Of a DNA stretch of 64,000 nt, positions 1-11,655 are shown in pieces. This stretch comes from Cystobasidiomycetes sp. EMM_F5 (taxonomy: Eukaryota). How positions within the stretch are numbered: the stretch's first letter is position 1; every line of letters begins with the position of its first letter. The position numbers and the translations under genes are program-made. The stretch is taken from contig JBPGPT010000010.1 in the NCBI GenBank assembly GCA_051047955.1, forward strand, positions 434,001 through 498,000, in the 5' to 3' direction. The notes below the pieces were generated by a model. That model was not told where the DNA came from, did not search any database, and worked only from the letters and a program-made list of their open reading frames with translations.

Positions 1-590
1 ACAAAGGCGCATCTATCGACAACTACCAGAAAGCTGAAAGTGTTCTGGGAACCACGGTGCTCCAAGTACCTGCAGAGCAATTTCTGAGAGGTCACAAGGC
101 ATACTACTGGGAGGGACAGTCTGCATACAGTACAGTTTGATGTTTAGTCTTGATAGATGATCCTTGCCTGACGCCAGGCTTTTTTCGGCAGTTATCCCTC
201 GTCTACAACTTGGCAAAGCCTGGTATACAGCAAGTACTTAGCACAATGTACGGTTCGGGCTGTGAACGCGCCCATGCAGCGATCCCTGACTTAGAGACAT
301 GTTCCGCGACAGGCTTGTCCAGCAATTCCATGCCCCAAGTGTGTGAACATTGGCATCAACGAGATTGGATGGAGGAGGCAGCAATAAGGAGAACATGCAG
401 TGTCTGTAGTACCGAAAGTGCAAGCGAGACTCTGACCGATTCGTCACGACACCTTGCCGTCTTGCATCAGGGCAGGCAAGGATTTAGACTTAGCAGGCTT
501 CCTCAATGTACAGGGTTGAGACGGGCTGAACATTGTCTATGCCTTTGCGGTGCTGTACATTATCAGGTACACGGCTGTCCAGCAGAATAG
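1..590 (+). pseudogene. Possible degenerate or partial third member of the adjacent F-box/XPA-C-like family (3' part only)
   Basis: ORF 150-590 ends AVHYQVHGCPAE*, resembling the neighbours' LAYKVHGGPSG / LAYKLHGGPTG, but it stops right after the motif and is followed by a G5C15 run. The 5' end lies outside the window. Similarity is weak. Confidence 0.3.
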
Positions 591-609
591 GGGGCCCCCC
601 CCCCCCCCC
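590..609. repeat. G5-C15 homopolymer tract
   Basis: Seen directly: ggggg followed by 15 c. Confidence 0.9.
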
Positions 610-704
610 AACTTGACCACCCTCCAACATATATACAAACAACCGTATCTTGGCCGCACATGCATTCCAAGTAACGGATCTACTGTGTTCTCTGGTACTG
701 CCTA

Positions 705-1858
705 ATGCAGGAGCCTGCAGTAGATGTGGGTGGCCAGAGTCGATGCGCGAGTGCCGATACCCCAGAATCTGGCGACAACCATTGCAATAACCAGAGTACG
801 ACAAAGGCTGAACGCAAAAAGACCAAGAAGCTCAAAGGTGTAGTGAACAAACCGCCGAAGGCTGTAAGTCCGACAATTTCCCTCTCCCTGCGACAGAGCG
901 CGGTGACTGATCTCCGAGTCTCCCCTGCCTTTGCTACTCTACTAGATTCCCGCTCATGCAATACATCCCGAATGTCGTATCTTTAGGCTCCCCATCGAGC
1001 TCATCGACTTGATTCTCGACCAAGACCTTCAGCCGACTGATCATCTCGCTTTGGCATCAACATGCAAAGCCTTCAGCAGGATTTACAGTCAGGCAATCTT
1101 CCATGTACGTAAACTGTTGAGCTGAGGAGCACAACGAGCTGAATCAATTGATTCCGCAGGCCATTTATGAACCTAGCAGTTTCTGGATTCGGCAAACAGG
1201 CGTGACTGCTGCAAAAGTAACAAGTCGTTTGTGGACGCAACCCTTCCAACTTGTAGGCAAACCTATGTCGTATGGCGAGCTTTTCCTGTCCTCGGGATGG
1301 CTCGATGCTGAAGGAACCGGCCTGGACATCGAAAAGATCAACGTTTTCTTCAAGACCACACAATACACAGATGTTACTAAATTCCGACTCTTTTACCTGA
1401 CCGGCATGAAAGATCTTGACTTTATCATTGCAATGCTTCAGTCTTTTGCGACGACAACTATGCAAATTGATTGGCGAGCCAAAATTGCGGAGACGCTTTG
1501 CAAGCACATTGTCAAAACCACCGCCAAGAGCAAGTGGAAGGTGACTGCTGCATTACTCATTCAGCATCGGCTGGTAATACTGATGATATCTATGAAACGA
1601 TATGTCTCGGTACAGGTAACGGATGCACAGCTCAAGACCATCTACGAGGTTCCCATCGCGAAGCAAGGCTTTCGCGCTCAAGATGCTAAATTTGTGTATT
1701 TCGAGGAAGATGTGCGCAGACTGGCGTACAAGGTACATGGTGGACCATCAGGGCACGCCAATCTCCTCGCTAAATTGGCTGCAAGAGCTGCCAAAGCCCG
1801 CGACACTAAGCAGAAGAAGGCTAGAGCAGTAGCTGCTGCGACTGAAGAGAGTGACTGA
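705..1858 (+). CDS. F-box protein with C-terminal XPA/Rad14-C-like domain (copy A)
   Basis: Spliced model with introns about 864-945, 1104-1159 and an in-frame intron about 1541-1615. Exon 2 reads HPECRIFRLPIELIDLILDQDLQPTDHLALASTCKAFSRIY (F-box LPxE pattern). The C-terminus IVKTTAKSKWK|VTDAQL...YFEEDVRRLAYKVHGG resembles the XPA C-terminal domain (ITKTEAKQEYLL...LY...SLEVWG). Confidence 0.8.
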
Positions 1859-2237
1859 TCAAATGCGGCGTATCGTCGGGCAACAGTAATGATGTTTGTT
1901 TTGCTAGTGCTTTTTGCTTAAAGGATTTGTTGTATCCTATGCAGCCATACTGCGTTCGGGCGATCTGGTTGACCATAAATAAATGCTTTTAACGTATTCA
2001 GTTCAGCACTGGGTTTCATTGCCTACCTGTCTCGCCTTTTTCTTCGCTGGTATTTCTCCGCATGGGCCTTTTGCCACAATACGCTCTCTTCATCAATGTC
2101 ACGACAACCCCATTAGACGCTTACCTCGCAACACTTTGGTAACTTACCATCCCTACGTATCTATGACAACTTATACAATGCAAGCGAGCCTGAGGTGACA
2201 GACACGGTTTGTGCACCACGGCGTCGTAGATAGCAAG

Positions 2238-3302
2238 ATGTTCCGGCGACGCGTCAGACAGCGGGTATCTCGGAAAGAGACTGCTGAAACGAACATCTCT
2301 GTGGACTCTGTGGATAAGGGAGCAAGTTCCAACAATTTCTGTGCACGATAGACCTAATTGCTGTCGATCTGACGCATTCCATCATCCGCTGGATACGACA
2401 CCGTGACAGGCATTAGCCGCCCTCGCGCATCCCGAATGCCATCTTTTCCAACTTCCAAGCGAGCTGATTGACCACATCCTTGGGCAAGACTATGAGATTG
2501 TTGATCACCTTTATCTGGCCTCGACTTGCAAAGCACTTCGCAAAGTTTACACCCCCGCCGTCTTCCACGTACATTCACGGACCTTTCTTTCAAGTACATC
2601 GATGGCTAATCTCGTCTGATGTGTTGCTGCCCTTGATTTGCCAGGCACTACACGAGCCAAAGAGCTTCTGGCTACGCTTCATGGATATAAGCGCCGAGAA
2701 TCTGTTGAAGCATCTATGGTCGAGCCAGTCCGCCATTGAATCCGTACCTTGGGAAAGAATTATGCAAGTATGAGTTTTACCTTCATGAGCTGTGAGGCTA
2801 ACCTACTGCGACGTATATTATAACAGGTCGTGGCGCACTAACTTTCCGAATCCAAATCTCCTTCATCCGTTTGGCGACTTGACGCCGGAGCAATTCAGTC
2901 AATGGGTTCGGCAAAGTGCAGAAAGGGTCCACAAACTGAATCACCGGGCGATACTTGCTCAAAAGTGTCAAGCAAGGATCAGTGAAGGCCTTGCAATCTC
3001 GACATGGGGAGTGAGTGGTGCAAGAAAGTTGTTTGCAGCGTTCTACCTGACATACCTGGCTTGTCCGCGTCCAGTTGACTGCCGAACAGATCGAAACACT
3101 CAGAAGTCAGCGTAAAGTCAAAACAGCAGCTAAAGCCAATCTTAACGCTATCAGTGTGCGAGCCTTGGCGTACAAATTGCATGGCGGACCAACAGGTCAC
3201 CATCATTATCTTCAGAAGCTATCGCGAGAAGCCAAGATCAATCCAGCTGCGCCCAATGAAATATTGTCAGTCCCCGTTGTTGCCCAGCAAATAATTGCGT
3301 GA
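2238..3302 (+). CDS. F-box protein with C-terminal XPA-C-like domain (copy B, paralogue of 705-1858)
   Basis: Exon 2410-2567 reads HPECHLFQLPSELIDHILGQDYEIVDHLYLASTCKALRKVYTPAVFH. It shares two intron positions with copy A (after FH, before ALHEPKSFW; and before LTAEQI). The C-terminus has VRALAYKLHGGPTGH. The start exon is less certain, and the model needs GC-AG introns at 2322 and 2764. Confidence 0.78.
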
Positions 3303-3503
3303 TGCGGTCACGAACAACAACGCCATCCGGCAAAGCACGCGAAGAACAGTCGGGGATGCAAATTAAGTGCACATTCCACTCTATAATAGTATTTTGACAA
3401 TGTCTACAGATACTTATAATGCCACGTTATTAGACTTTATGCGAACACGCTGCTGACTGATTCCTGAAGACTCTTCTGCTCCCTTCGTACATGACTCCCC
3501 TCA

Positions 3504-4878
3504 TCAATTCTGATACCAAGGCAGATCGAGCATATCTGGTACTGGCCCGCTAATCCATTCCTTCTTACGAAGCGTTGGGTACGAGTCGGTAAATGCTCTA
3601 ATGGATTCGAACGACAATTCGTGCTCCAGTACGATGACACCCTCCCCGTTGATCTTGTCGTTGTCCTGCATGCGCTCAATGAGCCGATCTGTCGACATCT
3701 TGGTTGTCAGCCAGTCGTAAGGCGGATCGACAAAGTCGCCTATAGCCCATGTCCTGCAAGTATGCTTTGAGTCAGCATGATTCCACGTGAGTGCCAGAAG
3801 AGACGTACTGATTCAGGCTCCAATCATAAGAGTCGTGGTTCCAGATGATTGCAGTCATGTTGAAAACATGCTTCGCAATTGCTCTGACTCTGGCATCATT
3901 GTCTCCAAATGGAGGCCTGTAATACTTTGGAATATGATCTGAGATGTCGTATATGATTTGCATTGCCCAGCCCAGCTCTCCTACGACTTGCTCGTTTGTG
4001 TACGTCGTGAGGTGCGGATGAGACCATGTATGGACTGCCAGATGATCGCCTCGAGTTGCAGCCTGCACGGCCAGTTGCCAGTGGGTCTTGACATTGTTAC
4101 CCACCCAGAAATGTGTCGCATGCTCATTCCACTCATCAAGCTTCTCATATAGCGCTGCGCTGGGCGGCAGCGGTCCATCGTCAAAGTTGACAGCCCAGTG
4201 GGCAGCTGGAGCCTTGTAAATGTCTTCTTCGCCGAGACAGGACGAACGTCGATAGCTGCATAGCCTGGCGTCTAGAGGCAAGTCGGCAGGGTAATTTGGC
4301 AGACCTCCGATGAGCTCTGCTTTCGGTAAATCTGGAATCAAGCCTTTGGCTTTTGCTGCATAGTAGCGGTCAAGCCATGACTGTGATGTGGAGGAATGAT
4401 CAGCGAGACCCAGTGCGGACAAGGAGCAGTAGCAACATACCTGGCGAGGCGGTGGACCATGAACGGAACCCGGATAGCGCTGCATCCATGTGGGACTGCC
4501 GATTGACGGTCGTTTGGACAACCAGGTTGATGGCCAGCTCCAGTCTAATTGAGGCAAGCCTTGGTGGTCGAGTGACGGTCTGGTGGGTGAGTGACCAGGC
4601 AACCATTTCAGGTTCCACTTTGACTGGTCCGTGTCTTTGGCTGTAGACTGTTGTGGAGATCCGCCTGCGCCTGCAACGCTACTGTCTGCACCTGAGTGCC
4701 CTATACGAGCGACGATAAGAACCAAAAGGGACGCCGAGATGAAGGCTGCGCTGTAGATGAAGAGCTGGCTTCTCTGTGCGCGATATCTCGCCTGCCGGAT
4801 AGTGCTGCTCGCAGGCTGTCCACCAGGGAGTGGATCGTAAACCATGGCCGACGAGTCTCGAAGAGTGGTAAAGGCCAT
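3504..4878 (-). CDS. Carbohydrate esterase family 4 (chitin/polysaccharide deacetylase) with N-terminal type II membrane anchor
   Basis: All five CE4 motifs are present: NFDDGP, HTWSHP, RPPFG, DSYDW and GVIVLEHE. A hydrophobic segment LFIYSAAFISASLLVLIVA follows a basic cytosolic N-terminus. The last intron is 3754-3808 and the protein ends LPWYQN*. Confidence 0.9.
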
Positions 4879-5870
4879 CTCGAGTGGGTGTGAATACTTG
4901 TCTGCAGGTGTCCAGTGCAATGTTCTGACTGCCAGGCGAAAAACCGCGCTATCGTATTACTGTTTTCGGCAATGGTCGGACAAGCCCTGTCTTCAGGCAA
5001 TAATGTCGAGACTTTTGCGCGCCAAGCTGTCCATGCGGGATCAGCTTAGGTCTTTGCAGAGAGCAGCAGAGCGTGTGCCAGCTAGATGGGTGTGGACATC
5101 AAAGCGACATGCTTCGGCAGTGGCAGGTAGGCAGGCAAGCACAGCAATTACAGTTTGTTCCTCCGACTCGAGCAGCTCGAGCTCGGATTCTCAGATGCAA
5201 CACGTATTCACGTTGATGGCGGCTCAGATTGTACATCTACAGTATCCTGTCCGTTGACAGACCTGTCACCTTCTTCTGACGCAGCCTGGCCACTTCGTTG
5301 ACCAAATCCGGGGTCTGTAATTTCCGTAGCTTGAGGATTCAGCACAGAGCAAGTGCAAGGTTGTCCGCAATCCCACCAGCTGCGCAACAGATGCCCAAAA
5401 CAATGTCGAGCGCATTCGTAGGCAAAAGCGCAGCCTCCTCGAACATTTTGCTGCCGCCATGCAGCCATGATCGGAGTCCGCCACTGCTGCAGCGCCAAGT
5501 GGCCCGCACTACCAGCATAGCACCAGCCAACTTTACTAAACGCAGTGCTCTGTTTTTGTTTTGGTGCAAGCCCTCACCACACGACAAGCATTTCCCATCA
5601 ACGAATCTCGACTCTGCTGCAGTCTGGCTTGTGTGCAGTCAGACGTACTTTGGTCTGGCACGATTTTACGCGTGACGACTGTTCTACTCCGACACAGCAT
5701 CAGAACGGCATTGCAACAGGCAGACGCACTCTCGGCTTGCACCTTCACTCGTCTCGAGGATGGCCAGGAGCAGCCTCGCGCCGTCCTTGACAATCAGCCC
5801 GGCATTGTCTCGGAGAGCTTCGCTGGGGCACACAGGATCCGAAGAGGTTGACCGAGAAGCATCGCCCCTC

Positions 5871-7555
5871 ATGGCAGAATGGCACTCTCCACGCTTTCCT
5901 GGTGGTGAAGGACATGGTCACCTTACCAATCCAGCTCGACGTCTTAGCTCCATCTCGGTCGGCGACACCGGATCGTACAACTCTGAAAAGCATCTCTTGG
6001 GTCTGTCGACGTCTACAACCTCGTCCTCCAGTTCTTCGTCGAGCGGTCACGGCTCAGGCAACTCACTTGCGTCCTCCCAAGCGCGATTACTGCCAGGCTT
6101 ACCCTCGTTAGCGACTTCGTCCCGGCTGCGGACTCTGGTCTGCTGCACCTTGGGTCTGGCTGCTCTCGCCTTGACCCTTCATGTGCTCTTCGATGGTATG
6201 TCTGTTGAGTGCACTGATCATTAGCTTCGGCATCCTGACGAAGTTCTTCCGTCTGACCCAGGTAATATCTCTTCGCCCTTGCGACTCGCCAGCCCTGTGC
6301 CAAACTCGGGTTCTCTAGATTTCTCAGATGTTCATCCTAAACAGTACCCTGCGTCACTCGGGTTTGATGGGGATGCGCTAGCTTCGGATATATTCCCCGC
6401 GCTGCACAATATGTGCGATGTGTGCGACTGCTCTACCCAGCCTGCAGCACTCCCATCAGGGGCCTTTACATTGCGTAATGCTGGCGATGGGCCTCAGCAC
6501 TCTGACCTGGCCAGTCTAGTCAGAAAGGCAGTATTGGATATTCAGTGCAAGCACGTCTACTCTACGCGAAACAAGGCATTTGTGTCTTTGCGAGACATCA
6601 TCCGCAATCCGTCTTCGGTCATGACTTGGGATCTCAGCAGACTCGATGCCAACAAGCCGACAGCATACATGTTTACAAAGACTGCGCCGGTATCGAAAGT
6701 CGCGGATCGTCGGCCAGGATATATGGAACGCCATGTGAAGACGATTCATGCCTTCAACGAGAAATTGCAGAATTCGACTGAAGATGGCGGATGGGAATCA
6801 AAGTACGAGGACGGCACACCTGCGGACGCCAGACAGGTTCTATGGATCATCGTAGAGGACAACGGAAGGATTGACGACTATGTCGCTGCTACCTTAGCAG
6901 AAGGTAACATCAATTACATCTACTTTGCCCTCGGCCCTACACGCAATTTTGGCAATGCGCAGCACAATGCAGCACTATCTATGGTACATCATCTCAGTAA
7001 CGACAAGACGGGTATGCTAGGCCACGGCCCAATCTTTTCGGCAGACGATGATGCAGAGATTCATCATGATCTCATCATGTACGTGTGGAGGCTCCGCCGT
7101 ATTGGCATTTGGCCAATGGGCAATCTCGGTCCGACGGGCTGTAAGCATATTCTCAAAGTTCCCTTGCAATTGCTAATGCTTCTTGTGGCGATCACAGTCG
7201 AGGGGGCCATCTGGGACGAAAATGACAAGATCGTAGGCTGGTCAGCTGGCAACTCCTGGCGGAAGTACCCAGTGGACAACGGAGCTTTCGCTTTCAATTC
7301 CACGTTGCTCGGTCACGAGCTGCCCGGTCCAGCCTTTTGGCCTACGGATACAGAGTAAGTTCATTCCTGATCTAGTCCATAGCCGTACTGACGCACGTAT
7401 TATTCTCTAGCGGCGGTGAAACCGAGTTCATCGAAAGAGTCGTCAAGCAAGAGACGGAATTGGAACCGATATGCCGAGAGTGCCACATCGCTTGGCACAA
7501 CCATCCGCTTAATATCCCTCATGTAGGATTCAACGTGTATCGTCCAGGAAGGTAA
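5871..7555 (+). CDS. Glycosyltransferase family 43-like (B3GAT/IRX9-IRX14-type), type II membrane protein
   Basis: Motifs occur in GT43 order: WIIVED, GNAQHNAAL, IFSADDD (DXD), IGIWPMG, EGAIW, RKYPVDNGAFAFN, ETEF, LEPIC..CHIAWH. The transmembrane segment is LVCCTLGLAALALTLHVLF. Introns are about 6196-6261, 7141-7197 and 7355-7410. Confidence 0.8.
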
Positions 7556-7760
7556 ACCCAACCTGGTCCTTCAACGATTAACGAAATTCGCAATGATCAG
7601 TACCTAAACCTGTATTATCTTTTGTCGTTGACGCGCCAATGTAGACAGTAGCCGTTCACGTCGTCTGAGCTAGAGTGCGCAGTTCTTCACATGTTGTTGC
7701 GAAATCAAAACCGCACCCCAATGACTGTAACGCATGATTTGGTTTGACATCATAAAATTG

Positions 7761-8605
7761 CTAGCCAAACAAGCTCTTCACTTTGTTGAACAGACCAGTA
7801 TCTCGAGTAGCCGTCGATCTTAGCCTGCTCTCCTCCTTCGACAGTCCGTCAATAATGTCGACCAAGATAAGCGAGACAAAACTAGAAATGACACGAGCGG
7901 TGATGTCTAGCCTTTTGTCCTTGTAGTGGCCATTGTCATACAAATACCGAAGTACCACAATCGTACCGGAAAGAAGCTTCTTCGTCAATATGCTGTACTC
8001 GTAGGCTGTCGAAATATCGTGCGACCAGCGCTCCATGGCAGTCAGTGCTATTGAATCGTGTGAAGAAACAATCCGACATCAGTACAATTGCCAATCAATT
8101 GAAGCGTACGTGACTACCTTTTGATTCTGTCGCCTGTGCTGCCGCTTCAGAATCATCTTCTAGATGTATACCACCCTCCGAAACCCGTATATCTACATAG
8201 GTTGTGGACGTTAGCGTACCAAAAGCGGGGGATTAAATGGCGTGGCTCACGGCTTATGCGAGTGGTAACGGCAGAACCCAAAGTCTTCGCTACATCTAGG
8301 CCAGGTATCGTTTCCAATAAACAGACTGTAAAGCGAGACTCTGGTCCTCGGTTACCGGCCCAGCGCTTGGTCTCGCGGCGTGCACACGCATCCATCAAGA
8401 AGCCAATGAGGAAGTTGGCAATACTGAGGCCAAAGAGAACTTGGGCCAATTCGCCCGACGGCGGAATGAAGGTCAAAGCTAGTGCGCAACTCTTGGCCAG
8501 TACAAAGACGATGGCGTAGGCGACTCGAGCGCGTCGCTCGGCCTCGTTTTCAGGGAAGGAGAGCACTGCCGCAACAATCTCAGACCCGCCCTGGTTCGTA
8601 GCCAT
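7761..8605 (-). CDS. Hypothetical membrane protein
   Basis: Starts MATNQGG and has two N-terminal hydrophobic helices. Two GT-AG introns with branch points join ORFs 8153-8716 and 7761-8036. No family recognised. Confidence 0.6.
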
Positions 8606-9134
8606 GTTTGCATAATATTCTTCTGTACGCGTTGATGTGAGGACAAAGTGTGCCTGAAGGGTTTTTGATCTATTTTGAGCATTTCGCAACACACACGCGT
8701 AGACAATAGCGCACATATTGCAAGAAACTAGCTTTCACTGCGTCACACAGTTTTTTAAGCGTCTCGTGGTACAATTGATGATGGCGGAGACGGCGATGAC
8801 TACTCGAATGCGATCCTGACTAGATGTAAATGTATACGTTTAAGCTTAAGCCCACGCCTGCTACACTGCCAATGGCGGGCTGGAACAGAGATCAGCAGTT
8901 TCTTACGTAGTACCGATCTGTCTCTAGGCAGTAGGAAGAAGCGTCGAGAGCTACCGAGACTTTGGTATCGCAATCGCCGCTTGATCTGTATAAGTAAGCC
9001 GGCGCTCTTCAGAAAGTCGGTGCTGTTGCTCGTATAAACACGGCAGAGGAAGCGTAAATGGGAACATGCATTGAGCCAGGATTCGAAAGTCGCGATTGTG
9101 TTGTATAACCGGCGTGTTAAGCTAATTATCGTTA

Positions 9135-10305
9135 TCATGGTCTTGTATCATCTTGTACTTGCAGAGATAGCCACGACGCGCACAGCTTAGCCATAAGCGC
9201 CGAATGCTCAAGGCAGAAGGCGTGTTCCATACCCTCCTCGCAGACATACCACCTTCTGCGGTTGTCAGTAGACGTCTTGCTTTTGTCGAGCGCCTTAGTG
9301 ATCTCCGCAACTCGCTCTTCGTTGCCGACCCAGCTATCCGTCGCCCCAGCCGCAAAATATAGGGTGATTTTATGACCATAAGCCAAAAGGACTGCGAGCA
9401 GTCAGTCGTCCAGCCTTTTAGCCATACCTCGATGGAGAAGGAAGCTATGCGCCCTACATTCTGTGTCAAGGTCGAGAATGGTGTGCATCTCGTCTCTGCC
9501 CATCGCAATAGCAGCAGAGACGGTTGAAGGGCTGCATATAAGTTTCGTTGTGACTATGCTTGCTGGTGGTTTCTGGGCAGTCGTGACGCGGACCAGGGCG
9601 TGTAGAAGGGTATAAGGGACGAGCCAATTCAAGGTGTTCAGTAGAATAGAGACGAGTGCGATCGTGCTGTCTTTAAATAAGAACCCCAGCCTGTGGAAGA
9701 TAGCTGATGAGACGTGTTTTTTAGGGTAGTTCACACAGCTCACCGTTGGCCATTTGGCGTTCTTCTAATGTGAGCGATTGTGGGAAACAAGCCATACACT
9801 GCATGTATCAAGTCGGGTCGTGCACGCAATACCTGATAGGTGTCGGAATGTCAGTCGGGGTCCACTTTCGTAAACGACGGGTCCTTACTTCTTGACAGAT
9901 GTAAGCTCCCACGCTGTGACCGATGAGGACAAGCTTTATTCCCGGCTTGTGCTCCGAGTGAATATGATCAACGTATGCAATCTTTCGCTCAACTTGCTCA
10001 GCCAATGTCGGCAAGGCTCGTTGGCCAAAATGTGATATCAAATTCAGGCCTTCTGTCAGCGGCAAGGGCTGATCCGGGCTATGCCCTTCATGGCCAACCC
10101 CGATAACTTCGTAATTGCTGGGCGAGCTCGCATGGATGGTCGACAGGAACTCTAGGTAGTAGTCCACCAGTCCAGGATTTCCGCAAATGAACAGAATCAC
10201 AGTATCCGCTGCTGCAGTCGCAGGCCATATTCGCACATCCGTGTGACGCTCTTTGTGGACGAAGGCCGTCTTCAATGGCAGCGCGTATCGGGCGGACGAG
10301 TCCAT
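9135..10305 (-). CDS. Lipid droplet-associated hydrolase (LDAH/YPR147C-like alpha/beta hydrolase)
   Basis: Motifs ILFICGNPGLVDYYLEFL, nucleophile elbow GHSVG, LYFA...DSWV and HAFCL, spread over several exons. Confidence 0.85.
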
Positions 10306-10451
10306 GGTCGAAGAACAGCCGCACTATAATTCTGGATTTTGAATCAACCTGCAGCTGGAAATGCATTCCGCGCGGTTGGATTCTGGGTACATGCCATATG
10401 AATACAAACGTAATGCAAGCTGTCGCCGTCGAAGCGGTCATCCGTGCGGCC

Positions 10452-10471
10452 TCCGGAAATGCACTTCCGGA
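10452..10471. promoter_or_regulatory. Inverted repeat TCCGGAA-N6-TTCCGGA (contains CGG-N10-CCG) in the divergent lipase promoter
   Basis: Perfect 7-bp inverted repeat seen directly. Inverted CGG triplets are the typical form of Zn2Cys6 binding sites. Function is inferred. Confidence 0.35.
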
Positions 10472-10557
10472 TTGCGTTTCGAGGTGATTGGCGATATGCT
10501 CTAGGTTATGCAAGCATACAAACTGACTACACATATGCGATAACAGAGGACTGACTG

Positions 10558-11655
10558 ATGGCTGAAGGTTTAGCGACTCCTACAAAACAAATGCAAAACG
10601 CTTCGTGCGCGGTTCCGATTGTCGAGCTGTCGTATCGTAACCTACTGCGCGACTTGTATGCACTGAACTCAGCTCAACTGAGTGGAAGAAAACTACTCCC
10701 TTCTCCAGATCCAACGTATGTGAAGACCTACCCCGTTCGCCCTCATTTGCCTGTAAGGGTATTTATACCCCAAAACTACAAGTCTTCCGGCGAGAAGCTT
10801 CATCCTCTACATATCGGTAACCCCTTCATAGATGTTCATGCAATGACTGCGACTGACTCCCCGGTTGAAGATATCCATGGCGGCGGCTTTGCGCTTTTCG
10901 ATCCGCGTATCGATGACGAAGACAATGCCATCTTGTCTGGACGGCATGGGATCTGCGTCATCAGTATCAGCTACTCGCAAGCTCCTGACCATCCGTGGCC
11001 GACAGCTGTTCATGATGTTGCAGCTGTAATTGACGCAATTCTTGAAGACCAGACATTACCTGTCGATCGCACGCGCGTAAGCGTGGGAGGCTACTCCGCT
11101 GGCGGGAACCTCGCTCTTACTGCAACGCAGTTGGATGATCTCCCTCAGCGTGTTGCCGCCGTGGTTGCGATATATCCCAACTGCGATTTCGAGACACCTC
11201 TGGCGATGAAGCTCTCTCATAGTGAGCTGGCACCAGGCAAAGACAAGGACTTTCTGCAAGATCTTCTTCCCGCTTTTCAGTGGGCATACATACCTCATAA
11301 TGCGGACTTGCGCAATCCATTACTATCGCCTATCAATGCTCCAAGGGAACGCTTGCCGAGAAAGCTATTCATCATAGGCTGTCAGTATGACGTGCTTTGC
11401 AAAGAGGCTCTGCGCACAGCGGAGAAGTTGGCTGCAGCTGAAAGCCAGGTCTCGGGGGAGGAAAAGGCAGCATTGTCCGACGGATGGACCAGAGGCAGCG
11501 TTCGATGGATGCGGATTCTTGCAGTAGAACATGCCTTCAATCAAACTAAGGAGGGGCTGCCCTACGATGAAAGGAAGCTGGTGGATGAGCGACACGAATA
11601 TTTGCACAGACAAATCGCAGATTGGCTATACAGCGAAGTGTACAAGTCCCAATGA
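10558..11655 (+). CDS. Hormone-sensitive-lipase family esterase (Abhydrolase_3), copy 1
   Basis: HGGGF oxyanion motif, GYSAGG nucleophile, CQYDVL and EHAFN. One in-frame 54-nt intron at 10817-10870. Confidence 0.92.
   Translation: MAEGLATPTKQMQNASCAVPIVELSYRNLLRDLYALNSAQLSGRKLLPSPDPTYVKTYPVRPHLPVRVFIPQNYKSSGEKLHPLHIGNPFIDVHAMTATDSPVEDIHGGGFALFDPRIDDEDNAILSGRHGICVISISYSQAPDHPWPTAVHDVAAVIDAILEDQTLPVDRTRVSVGGYSAGGNLALTATQLDDLPQRVAAVVAIYPNCDFETPLAMKLSHSELAPGKDKDFLQDLLPAFQWAYIPHNADLRNPLLSPINAPRERLPRKLFIIGCQYDVLCKEALRTAEKLAAAESQVSGEEKAALSDGWTRGSVRWMRILAVEHAFNQTKEGLPYDERKLVDERHEYLHRQIADWLYSEVYKSQ

Noticed and set aside
8800..9138. 112-aa ORF overlapping the LDAH stop (ATGA), resembling translational coupling
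   Set aside because: The context is eukaryotic, there is no motif and the composition looks random, so it is probably 3' UTR or intergenic.
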